From positions 4,330,335 to 4,394,334 of the forward strand of contig NW_002060947.1 in assembly GCF_000150275.1 (NCBI RefSeq): DNA of 64,000 nucleotides, given 5' to 3'. The position numbers and the translations under genes are program-made. The DNA is from Trichoplax adhaerens. Its lineage: Eukaryota; Animalia; Placozoa. Of this stretch, positions 26,929 through 39,920 are shown piece after piece; position 1 is the first letter of the stretch; every line of letters begins with the position of its first letter. Under the pieces are notes generated by a model, which had not been told where the DNA came from, ran no database searches, and was given only the letters and a program-made list of their open reading frames with translations.

Positions 26929-29900
26929 CTATTTTGGTCTAAATGAGTTATCCTAAATTATAATAGAAAACAGGAAATTAATTCGTCAATTATTTAGTCA
27001 CAGCTCTCCCAACTATGAACTAAGCTCACCTTCAATGTTTGCTTTTTCCCAGCTAATGACGAGTTCACACCCATGTGCTGGAAGAGTGAAGGTTTATATT
27101 GTCTTGTAATACCTTTTTTAGACCTATTACATTGTGCCTAATGATCAGGGACATAAACAAAATCAAAAAATGATACAAATTGAAATAATCAACGGTTCAA
27201 ATAGTTTAGCTTACTGTAGAGACTCCAACCGAACAAACTTTAGATTCCAAAACATTTTCAATTATCCAGTCACACGGATGATCAACATGGAACATTATGA
27301 GGAAATCAATCATATAACCTAATTCTGATGTTTTAAACAGTCTTCCTACAATTGATTAACACAAAATACTTTTTTAATTCAGAAGTATAAAACTAATACC
27401 AACATCAATGGATAATTGATAATGCATTTGAAGTATAGATTTTTACCTATAAATCCTAATTCGGAGTAATAAATGACAAACCAATTACCAGATTGACTAT
27501 CGGCATAAGAGATAATAGACGAAACAAATCCTTTTGCGGCAATTACATCATCTTCTAACTGCAGCAAAATGCGCAATCATAATTATATTTATAAATATCA
27601 GTCTTAAGTTTGCATTTGCATGACTATTGCTTGCAAGTATACTGTACTATGGGTACGCTACTATGTGTCCTATTTAGGCAGTACATAATGTAAGGCACCA
27701 ACTGCAAACCTGTAAATAATATTTTCCTCTCTTCGTTGAATACATCATTATCCAAGCATAATCTAGATTCTGCTTTGTTCGCCACCTTGGAAACAACCAT
27801 AAAACAACATTAGGCAAAAGCATAATTGAAATTTAAACATACTTTTTGTTCAGATATGGGTGAATTATCTATTGAAAGTCAAATTAGAACTGCTGTTGTC
27901 ACTTTATGTTGCAATATTAAATGACTAACTTCACTCGGGGAAGTGGATCACCATAGGTTCTAGGCAAGTTCGTCATGTCTGGATAGTAAGCAGGAGAGGG
28001 AGATACAATTTCGATAAGTCCTGATTCAAGATCTGCCAAATACCTAAATTGAAATAAAAAATGAACATTCGTAAATAGTGTCTTATCCAGATAAATAGCA
28101 TCCACGAAGTAGCTAATAAGTATATTAAATATAATTGCAACATATACGTAGCTCAACGTACTTATTAGAAATATCCGCCTTAATTGAAGCTATATATTCC
28201 GGATTTTTCTAAAATTAATTGAATGATATTCACAACTGCAGTATTAGTGTTTACTGGCACACACATAAATGGATACTTATCATCCATACAGGAGTTATTT
28301 TAAGAAACGAATCTACAATCGTAAAGACGACAATAGTAACCTCAGCAACAAAGATTACAATTAACGTTTTCGATTTTTCATCCGTGTTCATCTGAGTAAG
28401 TAGTGATCCCAAAGTTTGCATTAGATAATTCGCATTTGATCTCTTTACTGTCGGGATTCCAATTACTAAAGTCACTACAAAGAATGCAATGAACATAACC
28501 GAAGCACATTAAATGTGTTTAAAGTAAATATCTATGTTCCAATAAAATTTTAACTTTAGCCTTATAAAAGATCAATCAAATCCGACACTTGAGTTTACCT
28601 CCAGTTCTTCCTTTACTCTCTTTAGCAGCAGGCTTTAAAGCATCTGGATTGTTAGCTAGATGAGGTAAAAATTTATCTATGGATGGTAAAGATAAGTCGG
28701 CCGAGATAAGATCCGTCTTCTCTCTATTTTCCATAGTGTTTCCATTACTGACATCAGTGTTCACGGTTTTTACGTCTTCCTTTTTAGACTGAATTTTCTT
28801 ATTTTCTTCGCTTATAACAGAAATATTCTGTTGTTGTTTCAATATTGTCTCTTTAGCTTCAACTAGGTCTTCTTTCAGATGGACAACTTCCTCTTTATAC
28901 CCATTAATTAATTTTTTAATGGCTAATTCAGCAGAATTATTTAGTTTGGGCTTATCATTCTTTAAATTCTCCAAGTGTAGCTCAGCAATAGCGTGCTGTT
29001 GTTTATCGATCTTTTTATGCGACTGACTAAGTTCTTGTTTCAGGGAATTGATATTTTGCTCATAGCTTGCGACTAATTGCTTTATATTCTTACCACCACT
29101 TTTTATACCAGAGCTAGTTAGGTTACTATTCTTGGCAGTTTCCTCGATATAATGAATTTTATCTTTCAGGCGATCGATTTCAATTCGTAATCTGTTTGGC
29201 TTAGCTAAATTGAATATTTGCATTTAATAGATGTTCAATAGGAGTTCATTGATACGCATACTCTACCAACATACGAATACCTTATATGTAATATTATCCA
29301 AATAAGTATCGTAATTTACATAAACACACAAGTTGTAACACATAAATAATAATGTATCTACGATATTGTATCATTCGCAACACCGTCAGTAAATCACATG
29401 CCACTGCATATATATGAAACAGTCCTTAGTATATTCTAGATTGTAAGGATTACAAAATTAATTTAATTATTTGATAATTGGCAATAGTAAAATCAAAAGC
29501 AGATAGCGCCGCCATCTAACCTAATACTGAAGCTTAGGCCCAGCCTTTCTGTACATGAGCATAAATTTATAAATCTTTAATCGATTTATGGTTTTTCTCT
29601 TAACCCTTAAAGACACGTTTCGTACAGAGTACAACTGCACAAGTACGGCACCGTTCTTTAATTAGGGAATGAATTCTAGCTAGAGTATTACACTATCTGT
29701 TCTACAGGGCGTAATAGCTACTGTATAATGGCGATGACATTTTGATACAATCTTTCAACATGATAGTACATTTGGTAAAAACTTAAGCATACGCGCATAC
29801 AGTACGTAATGATGTAACATCGTCAACTGATTTTGAAGATTACAATTTTTCGTCATTGAGTTCATGTACAATCAATTCTTACCTTGGCTATAAAAATAAT

Positions 29901-29979
29901 AGGTAATGTAAGCGGCGGTGCTTAAAGTCATCAAGATTACAGCTAATCGCAACGATTCCCTTCTTGATAATCCTGGCAT
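26929..29979 (-). CDS. MGAT4: Second MGAT4 / GnT-IV paralogue with long coiled-coil stem and no C-terminal lectin domain
   Basis: Signal-anchor exon [32 protein letters not shown] (29979-29883), ~200 aa stem exon, [55 protein letters not shown], then exon DNSFRPK* (26952-26929). Catalytic-domain intron positions match the neighbouring paralogue. Confidence 0.88.
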
Positions 29980-32444
29980 TTTGTTTGCAGCCTAGGTTTA
30001 AGCTCAACCACAGGTAAAGGGAGAGCTAGTAGAAAAGTTATGAAAATTTAATTAATAAAGAATTAACAAATATACTGTAGCATTTGCCAATGCATACTTG
30101 TAGCGATTCCATTTTAATATCAGCAGATACAATCAACTACTGAAAATAAGACCTCAACAACTGAAAAAGGTAGGCGTTCATTTACAAATAATGCTTTATT
30201 ATGTACTGTATATACGCGTACATAGGTGAATATTCATTTAGTATGTTGCAATGTACTGTAAGCGGACTTGACTGTGATCAAGTGATGCTCTTGATCAGCA
30301 TGTCATTCGTTATATTAGTACAGGCGCTAAAATACTAGATATGGGTAAATCATAGTAAGTAGCGTCGATACAACAGCTTGCAGTAACTTGCAGTGCCAAA
30401 CTACTGAAACTGGAAGGAAAATTTTTCGGTTACGGCACATAAATAAACCATATATAATGACGTACGTAAAAAATGGAGAAAAAATTTAGTCAAGATTGTG
30501 CTCTCTACTCGAATGCGAATATGCGAACGAATATGCGTATATAACACACCGTTAGTGTCGGACAAGGGTGATATCTGTTCCTATAAAGTTATATGCAGAT
30601 CTACAGCTGTATTAGCCTCGGTCGTAAGCATTTGCAGTTCCATCATACGATTGACGCTGAAATAATTCTGCAAATGACATTTTAAGGAGAACGTATACTG
30701 TGGTGAAATAAAATAAAATGAACAATAGAGGAATCTCAACATCGAGGCTTATTTAATCCACGTGTAACCATGACATTGTGTCAATTCTACGGTATAATAT
30801 CCTAATTTTATAGTACTGTATCATAATGACATGGAAAATAGAATGATAGCGATTACTAAAGCGCATACTAACTGTTCTAATCCTAGACTAAATTACAACA
30901 ATTATTCATCGAGGTGAGACAACGACAGCATACGATCCTTTCGTATCGAAGAATGGAACAATCGATAATAATCACCAATATCGCAGATGGTAGTTGTATT
31001 TATTACGAGAATAATAGCACAAATCTTGCAACGCGTGAATACTGAATAGTGTCATTTCCTACATTGAAATAGCAGCATAGCAACCTACGAATCAAAAAAT
31101 TCTTTACAAATGTAGCCTATTTAAATTGGAGCGTCCATCATAATCTTGCCAAGAAAAATACTATTACTGTGGCTTTTATTGGGTGTGTGTTGATATGGGC
31201 TACAGTACTCGAAACAACGGAAACAACCAAAAGATGATCACTACAAGAACGACAGTACCGCTAGATTGCAGTATACTCGTAAAATAATTACATACAAGTA
31301 TAATGATGAATCAGTCAGTGCCTGCATGACGATAATAGCTCAGTCATCAGAAAATGATTCAATCCTATTTCCTTAGCTAGCTACAACAATGTTAAGGATC
31401 AGGTATATCTGACAGAAATTCAGCTCAGCAATGAACATCGAATCCCTATTTGTAACTGTAACACCCGTAAAGACGTGTACAACTGCTAAAGATTCGAACT
31501 GATGATCTCCATAACTTGATATAAACGTAGAGTGAAAGATTACTACAGTAGTACTTTTGTACAATGAGCGTAGCCCTTTACCATTACTAACCAACTAGAT
31601 GCTCGATCAAGACTACAATTACTGTATTCATTCATTAATATTATAAACTGCAAATTGGGCGATCATGCGTTATAATGGTCAACAGATCGAGTCAATTAAC
31701 TTCAACTACCTACGGATATGAAGATATGCGTTCTGTATATCATTTTCTAGGATTTGAGTGCAGTACAACTCGAATAGAATGCTCGAATTGGACGTAAAAA
31801 GACACCTGCTACACTTTTAGCCTCTGACAATGGCGAACAGCCAACAATTGACATCATTGATAGTTAATTACGCGTATTTGAACAAGCTTCTAGCGATAAA
31901 ATTGAAATATGAGTATATATATGCGCGATATTATTCATCAAGCCAAAGGTAGTACAATCATTTTTGAATAAAGTGATCAAAGTGAGATTACCACAGTAGA
32001 GAAAGACCATTAGGGTAGCATTCTTAACTGGGTTCGATTGTAATGGGAGAATTGCAGGGCAATATTACAAAAAAATTTAACGTTACTGTTCTGCAAGTGC
32101 GAATTATACTGTAGTCCATCATGCATCGTTTCCGTTATATGAACAACTTGATGGAATGTTGGCTAACACTACGATCGACGATTAGACGCGTACCACTGCA
32201 TATTGCAGTATTCTCGATCAATTACAGTACTTGATCGTTCCTATAGATCGATACAACCACGCTCAATGTAAGAATAACAACATCTGCTAATGGCTTTACC
32301 TCTACAGCTGCAACTATTCCTCCTCTCAGATTGTCCACGCTCGCAAATCCCTAGCGATACTGTATGGGAAATTCAAAAGTTTTTTGCTAGCCCCCCCAAA
32401 CTTGGATGGAATATTTTGCGGCCCCTCCTTTTCTTTCCAGTTTG

Positions 32445-32635
32445 TGCTGTACTGTACAGTACCACAGACTTCTGACTCAACGTTACAGTGTACAGTACAA
32501 TGTACTGTGCTGAACAGCACGCTAGATTCTATTGGAGTCAACGTCTATAGTACTGTACTGTACATTGTATTGGTATCCAACCCTTACCCTAACCCTTACA
32601 AATTCATGTACGGTACTGTAACATCTGTACTGTAA
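32445..32635. promoter_or_regulatory. TACAG/CTGTA cluster, probable promoter of the second MGAT4 paralogue
   Basis: Pentamer cluster followed on the minus strand by a GC-richer segment ending at a donor-like site (GAG|GTAAAG, ~32298), consistent with a non-coding first exon. Confidence 0.45.
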
Positions 32636-32674
32636 TATTAGGACCATTCAAAGCGTTGACGATTCTAGTTTGAA

Positions 32675-33447
32675 AACTTGGGTGCAACTGAGCTTTAAAA
32701 AAAACTTGGGTGCAACTGAGCTTTAAAAAAAAGGTGCAACTGAGCTTTAAAAAAAGGTGCAACTGAGCTTTAAAAAAAGTTGCAACTGAGCTTTAAAAAA
32801 AAGGTGCAACTGAGCCTTAAAAAAAAGGTGCAACTGAGCCTTAAAAAAAGGTGCAACTGAGCTTTAAAAAAAGGTGCAACTGAGCTTTAAAAAAAAGGTG
32901 CAACTGAGCCTTAAAAAAAGGTGCAACTGAGCTTTAAAGAAAAGTGCAACTGAGCTTTAAAAAAAGGTGCAACTGAGCTTTAATAAAAAGGTGCAACTGA
33001 GCTTTAAAGAAAAGTTGCAACTGAGCTTTAAAGAAAAGTTGCAACTGAGCTTTAAAAAAAGGTGCAACTGAGCTTTAAAAAAAGGTGCAACTGAGCTTTA
33101 AAAAAAAGGTGCAACTGAGCCTTAAAAAAAAGGTGCAACTGAGCTTTAAAGAAAAGTTGCAACTGAGCCTTAAAAAAAGGTGCAACTGAGCTTTAAAAAA
33201 AGGTGCAACTGAGCTTTAAAAAAAAGGTGCAACTGAGCCTTAAAAAAAGGTGCAACTGAGCCTTAAAAAAAGGTGCAACTGAGCTTTAAAAAAAAGGTGC
33301 AACTGAGCTTTAAAAAAAAGGTGCAACTGAGCTTTAAAAAAAGGTGCAACTGAGCTTTAAAAAAAAGGTGCAATTGAGCCTTAAAAAAAAGGTGCAACTG
33401 AGCTTTAAAAAAAAGGTGCAACTGAGCTTTAAAGAAAAGTTGCAACT
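32675..33447. repeat. Minisatellite, ~22-23 bp unit GGTGCAACTGAGC(T/C)TTAAAAAAA(A), ~35 copies
   Basis: Head-to-tail units with no spacers. Variation is limited to A-tract length, T/C and AAAGAAAAGTT variants. Confidence 0.97.
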
Positions 33448-33772
33448 TGCACCTTTTTACCCTTCCTAGCTGCATAGACTACTAGAAGAAGACCATCTAC
33501 TGTAGTCCGTGCAACGGGTGTGAGAATGGGTAGTAGAACTTCTTTTTTAATATACTGTACGATAGTATTAATTGATTAATTGATTGATTGATGATGATTG
33601 ATATTGTTAGTGTACAATACAGTGTACTCTTGTGCAAGACGACGGCTGTTCGACATAGAACAGGTTAATAGAACTTCCAATTTAGATTATCAATGAAGAT
33701 GTGTAGTTTGGTGTTGTATTTGGCCTACGGTTCAACTTGCCTAACTGTTAATCACATTACCTACACTAATGA

Positions 33773-33952
33773 AGTTACTACCCATAGTTAATTGAATAAA
33801 TTGAACAGTAAATGTACTCTACGGTAGCAACATGCTATTCAACGACTAGATGGATTAAATAGTTACTACCCATAGTTAATTGGATAAATTGAACAGTAAA
33901 TGTACTCTACTGTAGCAACATGCTATTCAGCGACTAAGTAGATGGATTAAAT
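33773..33952. repeat. Direct duplication, ~88 bp x2
   Basis: agttactacccatagttaattg.ataaattgaacagtaaatgtactctac.gtagcaacatgctattca.cgacta occurs twice in tandem. Confidence 0.9.
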
Positions 33953-35584
33953 AAATTTTACAATGAATGAGCAAATTTACAGTCTGACTAATGGAGGTAA
34001 CTCGCGTGCTCCAGGTAAAAATGGAAGCACTGTGGTCCATGTCCGATAGAGATAGTACAGTCATAGATCTCTAGATTGCAAATGCTATACATGGTGTACC
34101 ATGGTACAGTAAACGAGTATGGAGACAAAAAAAAAAAACACGTATCGATGGTATCCTGTTGGTACTGTAATAAATACAATTAGAATTAATAAAACATCTT
34201 GCGAACACACTTGACCGTTGCAATATAAATAAGGTCCAAATCGTGCAAATCGCAGCCAAGCGGCTATCGGTCAAGTCCACTAATACTTAATGATTAAGTA
34301 GTTGCAGATGCTACCTATCTACTTTATGATTTGTAAATATCTCTTCTATAAGAAACATAAATGAAGTTCTCTACTAAGGACAACGACTGCACTGTACAAA
34401 CGCCATCGAGAGATTCATATCCAATGTCCAGTTATCAACTCATTGCTGATTGCTATAAACTAAACACATGGTGTAGTCTACAATGCTTTCTCTCTAAAAC
34501 GATCAAGTACCATCATCAGTCGAATTTAGCAAGCTATCTTTAAAGAACTATACAACATGTATTGGCAACACGACAATACCTGCGTACCTTATTATGCTGA
34601 ATTATTGTAAAGGTCATGTACTAGTCCTTCTTATAACCCCGTTATGTTACTGACGAATAGCGCCTTTTACAATTATAAACGTCAGTATTAACAATCTCTA
34701 ACATACGAGTTATAGTAGTCAGTTCTAAATCAATTTGTACATAAATTCAGTCCAAATTACTAAAATATCATCTTTGTTACCTAAAAAGATCTCTACGCAT
34801 TTAAAAAATTTTTAACCCAAATTTCTTTTTATATACTGTAATTTCTAGTTTTTATTGCACGCTTAATTAAATTAATCAATGCGTAAGTATATTATCAACC
34901 CTAATAAACCATAATTGCAAGCTTTTGCTAAGCATATTATTATTAATTATCGTCAACGATTTGGAAATTATCTACGAATCAATATTTGCTAGTAAAATTA
35001 TTTCATTAATCGATAATACCAGTTAATGATTATTATAAATTAAGCAACAAAAGATATTACACGATATGGTAAGACACCTTACATTTGCTAATTTCATTAC
35101 TACAGTTATCAATAGTGACTAAGGCCTTAATTAATTAATTTATGTGTTTTTTAGTAATTATAATTCCTAGAACAATTATCATTACTGTAAATAGCTATAA
35201 ATAAATATTATCACGCCACTGCGGCCGTCTCTTGTAGTCATCGACGTCACTACAATAATGATGAAATTAAATTAAATTATTAACTATTGCATAGGCTGTA
35301 TTGGCACTATTACTAACTAATCAAGTCAATACTTGGATACAGAAATAGGCGTTTTAGCCCAGGAAAATTATTTGTTATAGAGTAATAAAATCAATACAAT
35401 ATATCAAATTTTATATTAGCGCCAGCAATCCAATTACCCAAAAGCAAATTCGCAGTTCTAACTTCGTATTACATTATTCAGCGTTAAATGTTGATACACC
35501 AGCAATTTTAACTCAGTTATACTGTAGATTCTACATACGTACTTAGTAGCCGTTATAATTAACAAAGTGATAGAGCCACGCAAT

Positions 35585-36535
35585 ATGGCGAATCAAACTG
35601 GAAATTTTACTATAAAACAAACTTACAGTGGGGAAATTTATGTTTACGCTATCATCAGCGCTATTACTTTTCTTACCAATACTATCATGTTCTGCTTTAT
35701 TGTCTTTGAGCGTAAAATGCATATCAAGTCTAATTGGATTTTGGCTAGTATGTTTTGCACTGGTATTATTTACGCTTTGGCTTATTTATTGCCCCGTTGG
35801 GTTATGTTTGTGCCGTGGGATCTACTTGATAGCTACGCTTGCCAAATTTTGCCTTTGTTAGGCTCTGCTTTAATTATAAATTTTAACTTGCATTTGGTAT
35901 TAGTTAGCTTAGATCGTTACTGCTGTATTTTATTTCCCTTTCAATATAATATGCCTCAAGCTTCAGTCATTACTCGATGGGCAATTTTTGCTGTATGGTT
36001 AATCAGCTTCGCCTCGGCTTCCATACCACTGTTCACATTTTTAGTTCCAATACCTGGCATGTGCATCATTCAGCTTAATAGCCGCTCTTTTCATATTTAT
36101 ACCCTCAGTGCTTATATTGCACTTTTTTACGTGCCGATATTTATTTTAGGACTTGCTCACTCTAGAATCCTTTGGATTGTTAGTATTCATACCAAGCGCC
36201 GCCATGAAATTTTTGCAGTCAATAACTCTATTCCCGCATCTGTTTTACGGCGCAATCTGCGTGCTATTGCTTACATGGCGATTTTAATTGGACTCTTTTT
36301 GATATTTTGGCTACCATCTATGATCTACTATGCTATCCTCTTCCCAACAATACATTTAGGTATAAGCATAAAGCATGTTAGTATAGGAAACATATTGCGC
36401 TATATTTCTTTATCTTATCCAGCAATCAATCCAATTCTTCATGCATATTTTACTCCATGTATACGATCGGAGATCTCTAGAAAATTAGCAAGAGCAACTT
36501 GCAAAACTGAACACAAACGCAATGTATTTATCTGA
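35585..36535 (+). CDS. Intronless class A (rhodopsin-like) GPCR, orphan
   Basis: Seven hydrophobic segments, N-glycan sequons (NQT, NFT), TM3 SLDRY, TM4 W, TM6 FWLP, TM7 PAINPILH. First true ATG is 35585; the ORF track starts at a GTG. Confidence 0.93.
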   Translation: MANQTGNFTIKQTYSGEIYVYAIISAITFLTNTIMFCFIVFERKMHIKSNWILASMFCTGIIYALAYLLPRWVMFVPWDLLDSYACQILPLLGSALIINFNLHLVLVSLDRYCCILFPFQYNMPQASVITRWAIFAVWLISFASASIPLFTFLVPIPGMCIIQLNSRSFHIYTLSAYIALFYVPIFILGLAHSRILWIVSIHTKRRHEIFAVNNSIPASVLRRNLRAIAYMAILIGLFLIFWLPSMIYYAILFPTIHLGISIKHVSIGNILRYISLSYPAINPILHAYFTPCIRSEISRKLARATCKTEHKRNVFI

Positions 36536-37422
36536 CTAGAATACTCCGAAAAATAATGTTGTATAGGTAGAACAGCTACCGTACTATTATAAATTAATCT
36601 ACCATAGTACACTAGTTGTATTAGCTACCAGCGTCGAATATTTATACACCATTATAGTTACATACTAAATTGCAAAACCCCTTGATGCAAATATATGACA
36701 AATATCAACTCACTTCACTTCTTAGATTCCTTTGTTCCGAATAATCATCTATTAAAATGGCATTAAACTTAATTTTGCTTCACGATGAAAAGCAATTCCA
36801 CGTCAATCATTATTCGATTATATTCAAGATATTTAAAGTGGTCAAACTATATGAAGCGAGCATATTTCTTAAAGAATGCATACTATCTTATTATGAGAAT
36901 ATGCTACAAGATCGAATAAGAATTTCTTTAAAATTCTCCGAATCTCAATTGAATCAAAGTCATCATTCCCGATATACTGTACCTATTAAATAGTTTAAAA
37001 TTCAGGACCTTTTAAGGGCTTGCATTAAAATTTAAGTTAATATTTAATAACTATGGTTAAAAATTCCAAAATAATTCTATCATACCTGGTTTAAACTAAT
37101 AATAAAATTTTGTTGATTTTAGATAATAAAAATATGGTCCTATCTTTAGATAAAGTCTCGATTAAAATAATTCATTAATCTTACCTAAAGATTAGTAAGT
37201 TTCAAGTATTCAGTTAATTATTGATTAGTACTTTATAAGCACGATTCAGTTCATGAATAAAGGTAAATTCGAATCGAAATTGAACCGTGAACAGTCTACT
37301 ATCCGCCTGTAGAAATGCTTATGCTTATACATTTGTTTTAGAATCTGATCTTGTGGATTTACATTTAAAAAGTTTCCTTCTAATTTAAACTATATCATCA
37401 TTAGAATTGTTTATAAATCTTA

Positions 37423-37677
37423 ATGCTTGTCGACAATAAAACTATAATATTAAATTATGTATTCAGAATTCTCCGTTCGATGATTATCGCAGTTATTGCA
37501 GTTAGGATTACAGATTTCGTATCTTTCTCAGCTCTCAGGGATGCTCTTATTTTTCGTTTGCTATCTATTATTCTTGAGTGTTACATCTATTACTTGATGG
37601 CATGCGAAAGATATATCTTCAAGAAGGATAAGATCTTTAGGCAATTAGATTTATTGTCTCATTTTACGGCTAGATAA
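37423..37677 (+). pseudogene. Possible GPCR remnant (TM3-like)
   Basis: Hydrophobic ORF containing LLSIILECYIYYLMACERYIF (ERY after a TM-like stretch). No other GPCR motifs recovered. Confidence 0.25.
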
Positions 37678-39559
37678 ATTGCGCTATCATCATTTACATG
37701 ATATCTGATATACGTACAATATCATACATCATTACCGTTGGCAATGAAAAACTATTATAACTAATAGTACATTCTTGCGTATATTTGCTACATTTATAAA
37801 AAGAATACCTGTGACTTATTTAGAAAGTAAAATTATACTTTTTTACCATTTATAATGTTTTGGCGTATGTTTCTATACTAACTATACAGTCCTATTCTCG
37901 TATACATACTGTACATACTTTAATAAAGCATTAGTATACATTTTAATAATGGCCGTATGCTGCTGAAATAACTTTTATATTGTCAGCTTGAATCTGACTA
38001 GTAAAATTCCATTAACTAAGCTCTAGTCATTGTCTATAGAATTTTTTAACCTTGCTATATCAAGCATAACGCTTAACTACATGTAAATTTTTAAGTTTTG
38101 AATCTGATTCTTGAAATATTGGATCGGAAATCAAGATTCTTTCTGCGGTTGCTTTATCGAATTGGATTTTCATTATATATCTAAATTGTTGCTAACTGTT
38201 CTATTGAGTAAGGCCTGATTCAATTACATTCTACAAGAGAAATATATATCTTTATTCAAATCTTAATCATTTTCGAGCGAATGACAGCTAAGCAATATCA
38301 TGGGATGAATTTATCCGTTGCATAGAAGGGAAAAAATTAAACTAAATTTCATTGTACAAAACTGGTAATAGTCCATCGGCTCGATAGCGAGATACAGACT
38401 CTAGTAGTATACGGTAATCATCATAATAATGTTGATAATGAGCTACAATGAATACTGCATAGTGGTAATTATTGTATTTTACAGTATTCAAGCACGGTTT
38501 TTAAAAGTAGTTGTAACTATAAATTAGTTTAGAGAATAAAACAGGGCCCTGGTATGTGATCTTGGAATTATTAGTAAATTTATAAAAATCTTGTTAGTTT
38601 AAACTGCAAACAAGGTTATACGTTATTATCTAATTTATTTGCGAACTATTAAATCTTCACGTATCTATCCAATAAATATGACAGTACCTTTTATTTTCTA
38701 ATTTATTCAATTTTCTTTACATCTCATAGAGTGACAAAAGAACTTACATCTTTCCTAATTTTAATAAGTCACTATGAACTTCATTCTTACAGTAAAGCGA
38801 TACCAATTCCGATATTCTGAAAATTACTGTACTCGTTTTGTTACTTCTTGTCCTTTCGGATTGGTTATAATTTCCTGAATATACTGAAATACTCGTTAAT
38901 GAATTTATCTGCAATAGCTTAGGATGGTCTCTGTAATTATACTTGATGTCGATGACGATAAGCGAGAAAAGTAGGACTAGCATAAGAACGCTTTACTATT
39001 GCCATTGAAACCAGATAATTCTATATTTGACGTGGGCCTTGAATAAAGTTCTAACCTTTACATCATTCCTTCGAAAATAGAAAATTTGAATTGAAAATTA
39101 ATAATTCATCCGCTAGCATTTATTAATGTGAGTATGTTATTAGTATTAGCAGTGCATAACTGTTCAAATAAAAGGAGCTTTTTATTTCACAATAATGAAG
39201 ATAAGAGGATATACTAGAATGTTCTGTGACTTATTGATTGGCAGAGCGAACTCCTTAGTATTAAGAAGGTGATTAGATGCAGTCATGCAGATATCAGATG
39301 CTATAGAGTTTCTTTTGATAAAGTAATGATAATGAAGTTTAGTTCCAAAGGTGCAAGCCTTAGCCTTGACTTACCTAAGAATATAATAATGGGAGTCAAT
39401 AATTATTTACTTCAACCTCTAAATCGTGTTGATGAGCATTGCAAGTAAAATATCGTATCTCATTCTCGGGGAGAAGAGTAACATGAGTAGCGCAAAATTA
39501 TTACCCCTAGTACATTCAATTGTTGTTTAAAATTCCCTTTTCACTTGTAAGGAGACATG

Positions 39560-39920
39560 ACTTGAACCAAATAGAATCGAAAAGGGAGTAGAAATATCAC
39601 AGCTACTGTGGGAAATAGTCACATAGTAGAAAGAAATTTCCAACTAGTGAGGCTATACGCCGCGCGTGTACAATAAAAAGGCATTATGCAGTACAATATC
39701 GAACGAAAGGAATGTCGAAAATAGTATCGGCAGTGTAATAGATTAGAGTTCGAGGAAGTAATGAGAGCCAGATAAGTTAAAGAGAGTTTGCTATAAAGAT
39801 GGTTACATATGAGCGAATTTTCAGAGTCTTACACATAAAGTATCATCAAAGTATAATAAAATAAGAGTAATAGAGTGAAGAGAGAGAATGGCGTACTGTA
39901 ATAATATTAGTTAATATGTA
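39560..39920 (-). pseudogene. Decayed class A GPCR pseudogene (TM1-TM4 remnants)
   Basis: In order across frameshifts and stops: AILSLHSITLILLYF (TM1-like); KTLKIRSYVTIFIAN/SLTYLAL (TM2 IANLSxxDL-like with a 1-nt loss); TIFDIPFVRYC then IMPFY (ISFDRY...P.Y-like); STM*LFP (TM4 W to stop). Confidence 0.5.

Noticed and set aside
32560-32640. Telomerase RNA template (CCCTAACCCT)
   Set aside because: No pseudoknot or H/ACA domain is visible, and a minisatellite follows directly.
32675-33447. CRISPR-like array
   Set aside because: Units are head-to-tail with no unique spacers, there are no cas genes, and the context is intron-containing eukaryotic DNA.
33263-33475. Repetitive ORF LHLFFKAQ...
   Set aside because: Read-through of the minisatellite; the frame shifts with A-tract length.
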